From Escherichia coli (GTDB taxonomy: Bacteria > Pseudomonadota > Gammaproteobacteria > Enterobacterales > Enterobacteriaceae): a stretch of 64,000 bases of DNA. Position 1 is the first letter of the stretch; each line of letters begins with the position of its first letter. The position numbers were made by a program, and so were the translations under genes. The notes beneath the pieces were generated by a model that was not told the origin of the DNA, did not search any database, and was given only the letters and a program-made list of their open reading frames with translations. This document shows positions 9,153 to 19,050 of this stretch, one piece after another. The DNA lies in NCBI RefSeq assembly GCF_022846255.1, contig NZ_AP025682.1. The stretch is one strand, 5' to 3'.

Positions 9153-10373
9153 ATGAAATATTTTTTCAATACCCGGCTGGGGGAAACCCGCTATCAGCTG
9201 GCTGACGGCTCGTTGCTGTGCAGAGACGTGCCGATAGGACGAACAGGTAAGCAGCTCTATGGTGCTGATGACCTGCCAAAACTGAAACCCGATAAGTTCG
9301 GTGAAATAGTCGTCACGCGTTCTCCTGAGCAGGTATTCCATCCCGCCACGCTTGCCTCATTCGAAGGAATGAGTATCACGGTGTTGCATCCCGAGGATGA
9401 AAACGGGGATGTGCGGCTGGTGAATCCAGAGAACTGGAAAGAGCTCGCGGTCGGGCATCTTCAGAATGTCCGGCGCGGGGCGGGTGTGCAGTCTGATTTG
9501 ATGCTGGCTGACCTTATCGTCAAAGACGAAAACGCCATTCAGCTGATCGAAGATGGCCTGCGCGAAGTGTCGTGTGGCTATGACGCGGAATATAAACAGG
9601 CTGAGCCGGGTAAGGCTCAGCAGGTCGATATTACCGGAAACCATGTGGCTCTTGTCCCTAAAGGCAGAGCCGGAAATCGTTGTGCAATTGGAGACAGAGA
9701 CACAATGGCAAATCAAAAGAAAAGCTGGTGGACCCGCATGCGCACGGCCATCAAAACGGGTGACGCTGACACCATGAACGAACTGGTGGAGTCGGCTCCC
9801 GCATCGGTTACAGGAGATGAGGGGGATTTGCCGCAGGGCGTTAATCTCAACATCAACCTGTCCCCGCAGCAACCGCTACCGGACAAAGCACCAGAGATGG
9901 GCGGAGGTCCAACCGGCGACAGTGATGATGACCTCAAAACATTACTGAAAGCCCTGCTGGCTAAGCTGGAAGGAAATGCGACGGGCGATAACGACAATAA
10001 GCCTGACGATAATCCGACCGGTGACGGCGAGGACGATGAAGAGGAAACCACGATTACTGGTGACTCAGCCTGGCGTGCCGAAGTTATCGTTCCGGGTATC
10101 GATCTGAGCCGTAAGATGAAACCGACCGCGTTCAAACGTGAGGTTCTGGCTTCTGCTGACAAAACGCTGGTTCGCCAGATAGTCGGTGATGCGGATATCC
10201 GCAAATTACCGAAACAATCGGTCGACATGGCGTTTAATGCCGTGTCTGAGATTGCCAAAGGGCGAAACACCCGCGCCACCACCGGCGATGCACAGCGCCC
10301 AAACATGGGCATGACCAGTATCGCTTCCCTGAACAAACAAAACGCTGAATTCTGGGCAAACCGTAAAGGGTAA
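9153..10373 (+). CDS. Putative head scaffolding/protease-like protein
   Basis: 406 aa; highly acidic low-complexity central region (GDGEDDEEETT); position between portal/F-like and capsid genes. Confidence 0.45.
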   Translation: MKYFFNTRLGETRYQLADGSLLCRDVPIGRTGKQLYGADDLPKLKPDKFGEIVVTRSPEQVFHPATLASFEGMSITVLHPEDENGDVRLVNPENWKELAVGHLQNVRRGAGVQSDLMLADLIVKDENAIQLIEDGLREVSCGYDAEYKQAEPGKAQQVDITGNHVALVPKGRAGNRCAIGDRDTMANQKKSWWTRMRTAIKTGDADTMNELVESAPASVTGDEGDLPQGVNLNINLSPQQPLPDKAPEMGGGPTGDSDDDLKTLLKALLAKLEGNATGDNDNKPDDNPTGDGEDDEEETTITGDSAWRAEVIVPGIDLSRKMKPTAFKREVLASADKTLVRQIVGDADIRKLPKQSVDMAFNAVSEIAKGRNTRATTGDAQRPNMGMTSIASLNKQNAEFWANRKG

Positions 10374-10376
10374 AAA

Positions 10377-10883
10377 ATGAATAATGTATTTCTGTACCGG
10401 ATGCCTGTTGGCATTGCCGGGGCCGTCTCTCGCCCGCAGGACTTAACCGTCGAACCGGTGGTCCTTAAATCCGATAACGCCTTCGCTGCCTATGGCCTGG
10501 CTGGTAAATACGATGATGACGGTTTTTTCGTGCCGCTGGCAGATGGTGATACCGCAGACAAGGTGAAGGGGATCTACGTGCGCCCTTATCCGACCACTTC
10601 GCAGCCGGACATGGTTCGCCAGGTGGGGACTGGCAAGAACTTCCCGGGCGACGCCATGAAGCGTGGCTACGTGACCGTTAATCTCGGTTCTGATTTTGAT
10701 GCCAGCACCATCAAAAAAGGCGACCCGGTATACGTTGTCGTCTCCACTGATGAATCCATCAAAGTGCCGCTGGGTGGATTCATGGCCACGTCAGTCAGTG
10801 GCAAAAACGTGGTGCTGACCAACGCTGAATTCACAGGTGCCGGTGATGCTGACGGCAATGCAGAAATTTCCTGGAAGATTTAA
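10377..10883 (+). CDS. Putative head structural/decoration protein
   Basis: 168 aa ORF tightly packed immediately upstream of the major capsid gene. Confidence 0.4.
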   Translation: MNNVFLYRMPVGIAGAVSRPQDLTVEPVVLKSDNAFAAYGLAGKYDDDGFFVPLADGDTADKVKGIYVRPYPTTSQPDMVRQVGTGKNFPGDAMKRGYVTVNLGSDFDASTIKKGDPVYVVVSTDESIKVPLGGFMATSVSGKNVVLTNAEFTGAGDADGNAEISWKI

Positions 10884-10894
10884 GGAACAGACGA

Positions 10895-11836
10895 ATGATT
10901 ACTTTTGATCAGGCAACCGTTGACAGCTCTGGTGCCTTTCTCATCGGGGAGCTGGAGCGACTCGACCAGACGCTGAACCTGCCACTGGTGGGGTACACCT
11001 GGACCCGCGATATTCAGTTGCGTGAAGATGTCTCCATCGCAGATGACATTTCCAGCTGGACGAATACCAGCTTCGCCGCTGCGGGTACTGGTGCAAATCC
11101 GAATGGCAAAAACTGGGTAGGCAAAGACTCAACCGCTATTGCTGGCGTGAACGTGGATATCGGCAAATCCGGTAACCCGCTGAACTTGTGGGGGATGGAA
11201 CTTGGCTGGACGGTCATAGAATTGCAGGCTGCTCAGCAGATCGGACGCCCGATTGATACGCAGAAGTATGACGGGATGCAACTGAAATGGCAGATGGATA
11301 ACGATGAACAGGTATATGTTGGCGATTCCGCATTAAACCTGAAAGGTCTTGTTACCCTGGACGGCGTGCCTGTCAACAACGCTGCCAAAACGTGGGCAAC
11401 CTCAACACCGGACGAAATCCGCGCAAGCATTAACCAGGTGCTGTCTGATGCGTGGGCCGCTTCCGGTTACTCTGTGGTTCCGCGTGATTTGCTGATCCCG
11501 CCTGAGCAGTTTGCTCTGTTGTCCAGCATCATCGTTTCATCTGCGGGTAACCAGTCCCTGTTGACGTACCTTCAGACCAACACCATCAGCTATCACCAGA
11601 ACGGTGTTCCGCTGAATATCCGCGCGGTTAAATGGCTGAAAGGCCGTGGTGTGGGGAATAAGGATCGCATGGTTGCGTACACCAACGATAAAAAATACGT
11701 CCGCTACCCGCTGGTTCCGCTTCAGAGCGTGCCGGTGCAGTATCGCGGTCTGTATCAGATCGTCACTTACTACGGCAAGCTGGGTGCAGTCGAGCCAGTG
11801 TACAAAGAAACCATTTCGTACGTTGATGGCATTTAA
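10895..11836 (+). CDS. Major capsid protein (putative)
   Basis: 313 aa; position after scaffold-like gene. Confidence 0.55.
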   Translation: MITFDQATVDSSGAFLIGELERLDQTLNLPLVGYTWTRDIQLREDVSIADDISSWTNTSFAAAGTGANPNGKNWVGKDSTAIAGVNVDIGKSGNPLNLWGMELGWTVIELQAAQQIGRPIDTQKYDGMQLKWQMDNDEQVYVGDSALNLKGLVTLDGVPVNNAAKTWATSTPDEIRASINQVLSDAWAASGYSVVPRDLLIPPEQFALLSSIIVSSAGNQSLLTYLQTNTISYHQNGVPLNIRAVKWLKGRGVGNKDRMVAYTNDKKYVRYPLVPLQSVPVQYRGLYQIVTYYGKLGAVEPVYKETISYVDGI

Positions 11837-11877
11837 CAGCCACATGGCCCCCTGGCGGGGCCATTAAGGATGACCCG

Positions 11878-12099
11878 ATGGCAAAAAATAATGCAGTAAT
11901 ACACGTACATACCCCGTTTGTGCTCACGCTTCCCGACGGTTCACGGCGCGAGTTTGTTAAAGGCCGTCATGCTGTGGAGGAAGACGTTGCCACGCACTGG
12001 TTCACTCGTGCGCACGCGGAAGTATCCGTTGGCAAAGCCACAGACGCGCGTAACGAGGTAAAAAATGCCAAAGAATCAAAGTCTGCCAGCGGTAAGTGA
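11878..12099 (+). CDS. Hypothetical small phage protein
   Basis: 73-aa ORF after the capsid gene; overlaps next ORF by 35 nt. Confidence 0.3.
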   Translation: MAKNNAVIHVHTPFVLTLPDGSRREFVKGRHAVEEDVATHWFTRAHAEVSVGKATDARNEVKNAKESKSASGK

Positions 12100-12472
12100 T
12101 TTTCGCCGCGACTTCCCGCAGTTTGCTGACCCTGCCAAATATCCCGAAGCGCAAATCCAGTTTCGTCTGAATCTGGCCGATGAACTGCTGAGCGAAAACG
12201 TCACCGGCAAAAAGTTGTTTCCGTACTTTGCCGGGTTGTTCGTTGCGCACTACATGACGCTCTGGGCGGCAGACAGCCGGGCGATGCTGGCTGGCGGGCC
12301 GGGCGGTTCAACCAATGGTGTTCAGTCCTCAAAGTCCGTGGATAAGGTAAGCGTCAGTTATGACACCAGCGCGACGCTGAATCCTGATGCAGGTTTCTGG
12401 AATAACACCCGATATGGCGCTGAATTTTATCAGTTGATCACGATGTTCGGTGCAGGTGGTCGCCAGCTATGA
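12065..12472 (+). CDS. Putative head-tail connector / head completion protein
   Basis: 135 aa; position in head-tail joining block. Confidence 0.4.
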   Translation: MPKNQSLPAVSDFRRDFPQFADPAKYPEAQIQFRLNLADELLSENVTGKKLFPYFAGLFVAHYMTLWAADSRAMLAGGPGGSTNGVQSSKSVDKVSVSYDTSATLNPDAGFWNNTRYGAEFYQLITMFGAGGRQL

Positions 12473-13023
12473 GTTTCAAAAGCGGTGTAACAACGAGGGT
12501 GGATAACGCTAAGGCTATTCTGGATGCGCTCAGGTCGTTAACCAAAAAAGATGTGCTGGTCGGCATCCCTTCGGAAGACAGCGAGCGGGATGATGTTCCG
12601 TTTGGTAATGCGGGCATCGGTTACCTCAACGAATACGGCTCACCAGAGCAGAACATCCCGCCACGACCTCACCTGGTCCCCGGCGTTAAATCGGCAGAAG
12701 AGCAGACGGTGCCGCAGCTCAAAGCCGCGGCGCAGGCTGCACTTGATGGTAATGCTGCGGGAGCAGAAAGCGTACTCAACCGTGCCGGAACACTGGCCGC
12801 TAATGGCGTCAGGCGTTACATGACCATTACCGGCTTTACGCCGCTTGCTGACAGTACTGTTGAAGCCCGGGCTCGTCGGGGGCGCAAGGGGGCAACACTG
12901 GAACTTGCCCGGCGTGCTGCTGGCGAATCCCCGGGAACCGAACTGGCGAAACCATTAATTGACACCGGGCAATATCGCAGAGCGATTACCCATGTTGTGA
13001 GGGATAAAAATGCCGACTCTTGA
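12469..13023 (+). CDS. Putative neck / head-tail joining protein
   Basis: 184 aa; ATGA-coupled to previous gene. Confidence 0.4.
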   Translation: MSFKSGVTTRVDNAKAILDALRSLTKKDVLVGIPSEDSERDDVPFGNAGIGYLNEYGSPEQNIPPRPHLVPGVKSAEEQTVPQLKAAAQAALDGNAAGAESVLNRAGTLAANGVRRYMTITGFTPLADSTVEARARRGRKGATLELARRAAGESPGTELAKPLIDTGQYRRAITHVVRDKNADS

Positions 13024-13399
13024 TGTAACAGATGTGCTTTTTGACCCCGATTTTTGCGATTTCAATTTGTGGGTAACACGCCGTGTGCAAACGGTGGATG
13101 AGGACGGGATCGGCAGCGACAGCGAAGTTAAAAAGCAGTTTGCCGGAGTCGTAACTGTTGATCGCTCTCTGGAAAACCGTCGTATGCAGGCCGGGCAGGT
13201 AGTCAGTGGTGCAATTCTGATTGTGACGACTGAGCGACTGACGCAGGGACAGACTGGCCGTGATGCCGATATCGTGACGTATCAGGGCCGTGATTATCGT
13301 GTGACTTTCGTCGACCCGTATACAGCGTATGGTGCCGGATTCGTTCAGGCGCATTGTGAGTTGCTGCCGTTTGATGGGGGAATTCCGGTTGAGCAATAA
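13010..13399 (+). CDS. Putative neck / tail completion protein
   Basis: 129 aa; overlapping start typical of a phage structural operon. Confidence 0.4.
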   Translation: MPTLDVTDVLFDPDFCDFNLWVTRRVQTVDEDGIGSDSEVKKQFAGVVTVDRSLENRRMQAGQVVSGAILIVTTERLTQGQTGRDADIVTYQGRDYRVTFVDPYTAYGAGFVQAHCELLPFDGGIPVEQ

Positions 13400-13937
13400 C
13401 ACCAGCACAGAGCGCGGATGGCTGATACCAACCAGTGGCGATCCGGATTATGACGAAGCGCTCGACAGGCTGTTAAGCCAGTGGATGCGTAACGTTTCCG
13501 GTCTGTCTGCCGGGATGGTTCGCCCGCGCTGGCAGAAAGAGCAGCCGCCACTGCTACCGGCTGAAACGAACTGGTGTGCGTTTGGGGTTATCGGATGGTC
13601 AGGTGATGACAGTCCGGCATTCACCAGACAGACTGATGATGGCTCTCAGCTCTGGCGGCATGAAACGATTGAGTGTATGGCTTCGTTTTATGGTCCGGCG
13701 GGGATGGTGTATGCGTCCCGGTTTCGTGACGGTATATCTGTACCGCAGAACAACGCAGCACTGAATGTGCTGGGGCTGTCTCTTGGCGATTACACAGGTC
13801 TGACTCCCTTCCCTGAACTTATTAATCAGCAATGGGTCCGCCGCTACGATATGACGGTGCGTCTGCGCCGGAAGGTTGTGCGCGAGTACGGTATTAAATC
13901 GCTGGTGGAAGCACCAGTCATCTTTTTCGGAGATTAA
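13389..13937 (+). CDS. Putative tail completion protein (start uncertain: TTG 13389 or ATG 13329)
   Basis: ORF in structural operon; the 13329 start would overlap the previous gene by 70 nt, while TTG at 13389 overlaps its stop. Confidence 0.35.
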   Translation: MSNNTSTERGWLIPTSGDPDYDEALDRLLSQWMRNVSGLSAGMVRPRWQKEQPPLLPAETNWCAFGVIGWSGDDSPAFTRQTDDGSQLWRHETIECMASFYGPAGMVYASRFRDGISVPQNNAALNVLGLSLGDYTGLTPFPELINQQWVRRYDMTVRLRRKVVREYGIKSLVEAPVIFFGD

Positions 13938-13940
13938 GCT

Positions 13941-15086
13941 ATGGCACAGGGCTTGCCTGTATCAAACGTTGTTAATGTTGATGTGATCATGTCGCCACGT
14001 GCAGCATCAGGGCGAAATTTTGGTGCATTACTCATTCTCGGCCCGTCCACAATCATTCCGGTAAGTGAGCGCATTCGCCGTTATTCTGCCGCGGAAGATA
14101 TTGGAAAAGATTTTGGCGTGGAATCACCAGAATATAAGGCTGCGCAGGTGTTTTTCTCTCAATCACCGAAACCTCAGGAGGTTTTTGTTGGTCGTTGGGT
14201 GAAAACGAAGGGAGACAGCGAACAGGCCACGCCTGAGACGCTGGAGCAGGCTGTGAATGCCATGCTCGATTATACTTCATGGTATGGGCTGGGGATTGCA
14301 GACGATGCAGATATTCCGGATGCAGACTGGCTGAAAGTGGCTGCGGCGATCGAATCCTCTTCTGTAAGCCGTATTCTGGCGATTACGACAAGCGATGAGA
14401 AATGCCTGCAGACTGCATCCAGCGATGATTTGGCATCAAAACTGAAAACCGCCGGATATTCACGCAGTTTTATTCAGTATTCATCGGGTAATAAATACGC
14501 TGCGTTATCTGCATTTGGCCGGGCATTCACGGTTAATTTCAATGGCAGTAATACCGCGATTACGCTCAAGTTTAAGCAGGAGCCGGGCGTCGGGTATGAA
14601 ACACTGACAGTCAGCCAGGCATCGGCACTTGATGCAAAAAACTGCAATGTATTCGTGTACTACCAGAATGATACGGCTATCCTCCAGCAGGGAGTGATGG
14701 CTAACGGCGATTTCTTTGATGAACGCCACGGCCTGGACTGGTTACAGAATTATGTGCAGACCAACCTCTATAACCTGCTTTATACCAGCGCCACGAAAGT
14801 ACCCCAGACTGAAGCCGGTATTACCAGACTGTTATCAAGTGTTGAAAAATCACTGGATCAGGCCGTTCAGAATGGACTGATTGCTCCGGGCGTATGGAAC
14901 GGTGGCGACCTGGGTCAGTTGTCATCAGGTGACACGCTGCCCAAAGGTTATTACGTATACGCCCAGCCACTGGATGAACAGGCACAATCAGAACGTGAAG
15001 CCCGTAAGGCTCCGGTGATTCAGGCTGCAATAAAACTTGCAGGCGCGGTTCATTACGCTGACGTACAGATTAACGTTGTTCGCTAA
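13941..15086 (+). CDS. Putative tail sheath-like protein
   Basis: 381 aa, immediately upstream of a ~146-aa tube-like gene, a chaperone with frameshift, and the tape-measure gene. Confidence 0.4.
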   Translation: MAQGLPVSNVVNVDVIMSPRAASGRNFGALLILGPSTIIPVSERIRRYSAAEDIGKDFGVESPEYKAAQVFFSQSPKPQEVFVGRWVKTKGDSEQATPETLEQAVNAMLDYTSWYGLGIADDADIPDADWLKVAAAIESSSVSRILAITTSDEKCLQTASSDDLASKLKTAGYSRSFIQYSSGNKYAALSAFGRAFTVNFNGSNTAITLKFKQEPGVGYETLTVSQASALDAKNCNVFVYYQNDTAILQQGVMANGDFFDERHGLDWLQNYVQTNLYNLLYTSATKVPQTEAGITRLLSSVEKSLDQAVQNGLIAPGVWNGGDLGQLSSGDTLPKGYYVYAQPLDEQAQSEREARKAPVIQAAIKLAGAVHYADVQINVVR

Positions 15087-15096
15087 GGGGAAGTGA

Positions 15097-15537
15097 ATGT
15101 CTACCTATTCTTTTATGGATGTCACTGCGACGCTGACCGGGCCGACCGGTTCGATTGACCTCGGGTACGGTTCGGCAAGTTCTGAAGAGGGGATTGTGGT
15201 TGCGATGGGCGGTCCTAAAAACACCATGACCATCGGTGCTGATGGCGAAGTGATGCACAGTCTCCATGCAGATAAAAGCGGGACGATTACCGTTAACCTT
15301 CTGAAGACATCACCGACAAATAAAAAATTGTCGCTGGCGTATAACGCACAGAGCCAGTCTTCTGCCACATGGGGGAATAACGTTATCGTGATCCGCAACA
15401 AGGTCAGCGGCGACATCATCACGGCACGCAGTGTTGCGTTCCAGAAACAACCGGATAACGCCAACGCTAAAACCGGTAATACGATGCCGTGGGTGTTTGA
15501 CTGCGGCAAGATTGACCAGGTTCTCGGGGAGTTTTAA
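15097..15537 (+). CDS. Putative tail tube protein
   Basis: 146 aa; position between sheath-like gene and tail assembly chaperone. Confidence 0.4.
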   Translation: MSTYSFMDVTATLTGPTGSIDLGYGSASSEEGIVVAMGGPKNTMTIGADGEVMHSLHADKSGTITVNLLKTSPTNKKLSLAYNAQSQSSATWGNNVIVIRNKVSGDIITARSVAFQKQPDNANAKTGNTMPWVFDCGKIDQVLGEF

Positions 15538-15540
15538 TAC

Positions 15541-15993
15541 ATGGAATTCGAAATCAAAGGCGTGAAATATCGCGTGGTAAAACTCAGCGTTTTTGACCAA
15601 CTGAAAGTGACCCGCAAACTTCTGCCGGTGCTGGCAGGAATGATGTCAGATTTCGGGAGCATTCGCTCCCGTTTGCCTGCTGATGGCAAAATCGACACCG
15701 TGAAATTCGAGCAGTTAAAACCGGTGTTTGAAACCATGCTCCCGCGTATCGCTGAGGAACTGTCTTCCCTGACCGAAGATGACACCAGTGCGATTATTCA
15801 TCCCTGTCTTGCGGTGGTATCGCGGCGTCATATGGACGGATGGGTTCCGGTATTTACCCAGGGCGAACTGATGTTTGATGATATTGACTTGCTGGTCATG
15901 CTGCAGCTGGTGGCGCGGGTGGTCGCCGATTCGCTGGGAAATTTTTTGCCTACACCCCTTACCAGCACGACGCAGAGCCTGCAACAGGGCTGA
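15541..15993 (+). CDS. Tail assembly chaperone (G-like); a -1 frameshift extension (GT-like) is predicted to 16181
   Basis: 150 aa immediately upstream of tape-measure gene; slippery run A_AAT_TTT_TTG at 15939-15948; the -1 frame is open from there to TGA at 16179-16181. Confidence 0.55.
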   Translation: MEFEIKGVKYRVVKLSVFDQLKVTRKLLPVLAGMMSDFGSIRSRLPADGKIDTVKFEQLKPVFETMLPRIAEELSSLTEDDTSAIIHPCLAVVSRRHMDGWVPVFTQGELMFDDIDLLVMLQLVARVVADSLGNFLPTPLTSTTQSLQQG

Positions 15994-16149
15994 CGTTTAA
16001 CAGCCTGCCGGACGGGCTGTCCTACCTTCTCAATCCGGTTGACGCCGGGTTAATTCCTTATACAGCACTTAAAGATGGCTCTGTCGATTTGTACGATATT
16101 GCTCTTTTGAATGACCATCTGGCGGTAAAAGCGGATAACCAGCGGCGCA

Positions 16150-18159
16150 TTGAGAAATGGAGAGAGGATAATGAACGCTGAAACTATTAAAGATTTCCTC
16201 GTCTCGCTTGGCTTCAGTGTGGATGATGCAGGAGCGAAAAAGTTCGGTTCTGTCCTCGCCGGTACAACTGCAAATGTCATCAAAATGGGGCTGGCCGTTG
16301 AAGGAGCCGCGCTGTCCGTGGTGGCCTTCACGGCTAAGATCGCCTCCGGTCTGGATAATCTTTACTGGGCGTCACAGCGCACTGGAGCGACAGTCCAGGG
16401 AATTCAGTCTATTGGCTATGCGGTTTCGCAGGTTGGCGGCAGCGTGGACGCTGCGCGATCTTCTCTGGAAAGCCTCTCCCGGTTTATTCGTAATAATCCC
16501 GGTGCAGAGGGATTTCTGAATCGCCTGGGGGTACAGACACGGGATGCCAGCGGTAACATGCGTGACATGGCCGCTATTTTTACAGGTGTAGGCCAGAAGC
16601 TCAGCGGCATGCCGTATTACCGGGCTAACCAGTATGCGCAGATGCTGGGCATTGACGAAAATACCCTTATGGCGATGCGTCGGGGTGTGGGTGGTTTCTC
16701 CGGGCAGTACAGCGCAATGGCGAAAGCTATCGGCTTCAATGCTGACGAGGCGGCCAGAAGCTCCAACAAATTTATGACCTCCCTGCGTGAGTTTAGCGCG
16801 ATGGCAGGCATGGCCCGTGACAAAATCGGCTCTAATCTTGCGGGTGGACTTGCGGGGTCGCTGGACACCCTGCGCCGCCATATCCTGGACAACTTCCCGC
16901 GCATCGAGCAGACTCTGACGAAAGCCATAAAAGGCATTCTGGCGCTCGGGGATATTATCGGGCGGCTGTTCTTCAGACTGATTGAGGGGACATCAGGCCT
17001 TATCACCTGGTGGCAATCGCTGGATAAGCAAACGCGGGAGTTGATCTCGCTGTTTGGCGCACTGACGATTGCGCTGCGCATTCTGAACAGTACGTTCTGG
17101 ATGTCGCCGATTGGCCTCATTACCGCGCTGGCGGCGGGGATTGCCCTCCTGTGGGAGGACTATCAGACCTGGAAGGAAGGCGGCGACAGCCTGATTGACT
17201 GGGGCAAGTGGAAACCGGAGGTCGATGCCGCGCTGAAGATGGTTCGTGACCTTAAAACGACCGTTAACGACCTGGCGAAAGCGCTGGCGAAACTACTCAA
17301 TATTGACCCCAAATCATGGTCCCTGAAGTGGGATTTCAGCAACTTCATCGACCAGATGGGCGAATTCAGCAAAATGCTGAACATGATCGCCGACCTGCTC
17401 AACGCTATCAAAGATGGCCGCTGGGCTGATGCCGTCAGCATCGGCAAACAGATACTTAATCAGGGCAGCGAAAATCCGTCAGCGATGCCGATGGTTACAG
17501 ACAGCGCTAACAGTACTGCCGACTGGATTAAAGAGCACTGGGGATTCGATCCCCGCAGTGTGGGCCGAACGGTACGCGGCTGGTTTGGTGATGATGAGCC
17601 GGAACAACATGCACAGGCTACGAAACGAGGAGAACGGAATAACAATCCGGGAAACCTTAATTTTGCTGGTCAGGCGGGGGCTTCTCTTGAACGCCCGGGC
17701 GGGCGATTTGCCAGATTCGAAACTGCCTTTGATGGATTACGGGCTCTTGCTCGTCAGTTAATGTTGTACGCCGGACGTGGAATAAACAGCGTGGAGAAAA
17801 TTATCTCTACCTGGGCGCCTGCGTCTGATAATAACAACACAACTGCGTATATCAGGGCTGTATCGCAACGACTGGGAGTGGATCCCCGGGCTGCCCTGAA
17901 TATGAGCGATCCGCAAACCATGTCAGCATTGATGAGCAGCATTATCCAGCATGAAAATGGAAGAAATATCTATTCTCAAGAGCTGATTAATAAGGCTGCC
18001 GTGGCGGGAATTAGTGGCAAAGTGACAGAGGTTAACCAGCAAAATACCTACCACATTTACGGTGGCGGAGATCCGCACGTTGTCGGTAATGAGGTTGCAC
18101 GTCGGCAACAGTCTGCAAATGCTCAGGTCATGCGAAGTAATCAGGTGAGGGTGAGTTAG
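16150..18159 (+). CDS. Tail tape-measure protein
   Basis: 669 aa, helical/Gly-Ala-rich N-terminal half; likely true start is ATG 16171 (GAGAGAGGA SD); the ORF track starts at TTG 16150. Confidence 0.7.
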   Translation: MRNGERIMNAETIKDFLVSLGFSVDDAGAKKFGSVLAGTTANVIKMGLAVEGAALSVVAFTAKIASGLDNLYWASQRTGATVQGIQSIGYAVSQVGGSVDAARSSLESLSRFIRNNPGAEGFLNRLGVQTRDASGNMRDMAAIFTGVGQKLSGMPYYRANQYAQMLGIDENTLMAMRRGVGGFSGQYSAMAKAIGFNADEAARSSNKFMTSLREFSAMAGMARDKIGSNLAGGLAGSLDTLRRHILDNFPRIEQTLTKAIKGILALGDIIGRLFFRLIEGTSGLITWWQSLDKQTRELISLFGALTIALRILNSTFWMSPIGLITALAAGIALLWEDYQTWKEGGDSLIDWGKWKPEVDAALKMVRDLKTTVNDLAKALAKLLNIDPKSWSLKWDFSNFIDQMGEFSKMLNMIADLLNAIKDGRWADAVSIGKQILNQGSENPSAMPMVTDSANSTADWIKEHWGFDPRSVGRTVRGWFGDDEPEQHAQATKRGERNNNPGNLNFAGQAGASLERPGGRFARFETAFDGLRALARQLMLYAGRGINSVEKIISTWAPASDNNNTTAYIRAVSQRLGVDPRAALNMSDPQTMSALMSSIIQHENGRNIYSQELINKAAVAGISGKVTEVNQQNTYHIYGGGDPHVVGNEVARRQQSANAQVMRSNQVRVS

Positions 18160-18746
18160 TGGATATTCTCTCTACACTTTTTCATCAGCAGAGCAGAAAA
18201 ATAGGAATGATTGTTCCCAGTGTTGTTATTTCAGAGAAGCATACAGATATGCTTGAAATAACCGAGCATCCGGTAGAAGTCGGGGCCGCTGTCGCTGATC
18301 ATGCCTATAAAAAACCGTCAGAAGTGGTGATGGAGGTTGGTTTCGCCGGTGGCGGCGCATTGCTGGATTTTGCCAGTAATCTGACGGCTACCAGCCTGCT
18401 CGGCCTGAGTCCTCAGCAGACGTATCAGGAGCTACTGGATCTGCAGGAAAGCCGTATCCCCTTCGATGTGGTAACCGGTAAACGACTGTACAGCAACATG
18501 TTGATCCGGGCGCTGGAAGTGACGACGGACAAGACAACCGAAAACGTCCTGTCCGCCGTTCTTACCCTGAGGGAGGTCCTTATCTCCCGGACACAGCAGA
18601 TTACCGTCGCGGATAAAACCAATATGAAGGAAGGGGCCAGCACCTCGGCGGTACAGAACAGCGGCAACAAAACCACAAAACCTCCAGATACTTCACTGCT
18701 GAAAAGCATCACGGGTAACGTGGCGTCATTACTGGGGGGCGGCTAA
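18159..18746 (+). CDS. Putative tail/baseplate protein
   Basis: 195 aa; GTG start overlapping tape-measure stop. Confidence 0.4.
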   Translation: MDILSTLFHQQSRKIGMIVPSVVISEKHTDMLEITEHPVEVGAAVADHAYKKPSEVVMEVGFAGGGALLDFASNLTATSLLGLSPQQTYQELLDLQESRIPFDVVTGKRLYSNMLIRALEVTTDKTTENVLSAVLTLREVLISRTQQITVADKTNMKEGASTSAVQNSGNKTTKPPDTSLLKSITGNVASLLGGG

Positions 18747-19048
18747 TGACAATTCAGGAAATTCCGCTGACAGCGGACAACCAGCAGTTCAGCATCGTCC
18801 TGGGTGGTGTCACCTGGCGGATTAGCATCATATGGCGCGATCTTTACTGGATTATGGACCTGCTGAATGACAGAGGGGAGCCGGTAATCTCCGGTATTCC
18901 TCTCGTCACTGGCGCTGATCTGCTGGCGCAGTACGCCTGTATGGGACTTGGTTTTAAGCTGTTGGTGGTCTGCGATGACAACACACAGGATTATCCCACG
19001 AAAACTGACTTGGGCGGGCGCAGTCATTTACTGGTATTAACGGAGTAA
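18746..19048 (+). CDS. Putative tail/baseplate protein
   Basis: 100 aa; coupled start. Confidence 0.35.
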   Translation: MTIQEIPLTADNQQFSIVLGGVTWRISIIWRDLYWIMDLLNDRGEPVISGIPLVTGADLLAQYACMGLGFKLLVVCDDNTQDYPTKTDLGGRSHLLVLTE

Positions 19049-19050
19049 GC

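Noticed and set aside
9713-10414. 233-aa minus-strand ORF within the scaffold-like gene
   Set aside because: Antisense; Ser/Pro-rich low-complexity product mirroring the acidic region of the sense gene.
16372-17120. Minus-strand ORFs inside the tape-measure gene
   Set aside because: Antisense to a long structural gene in a unidirectional operon.
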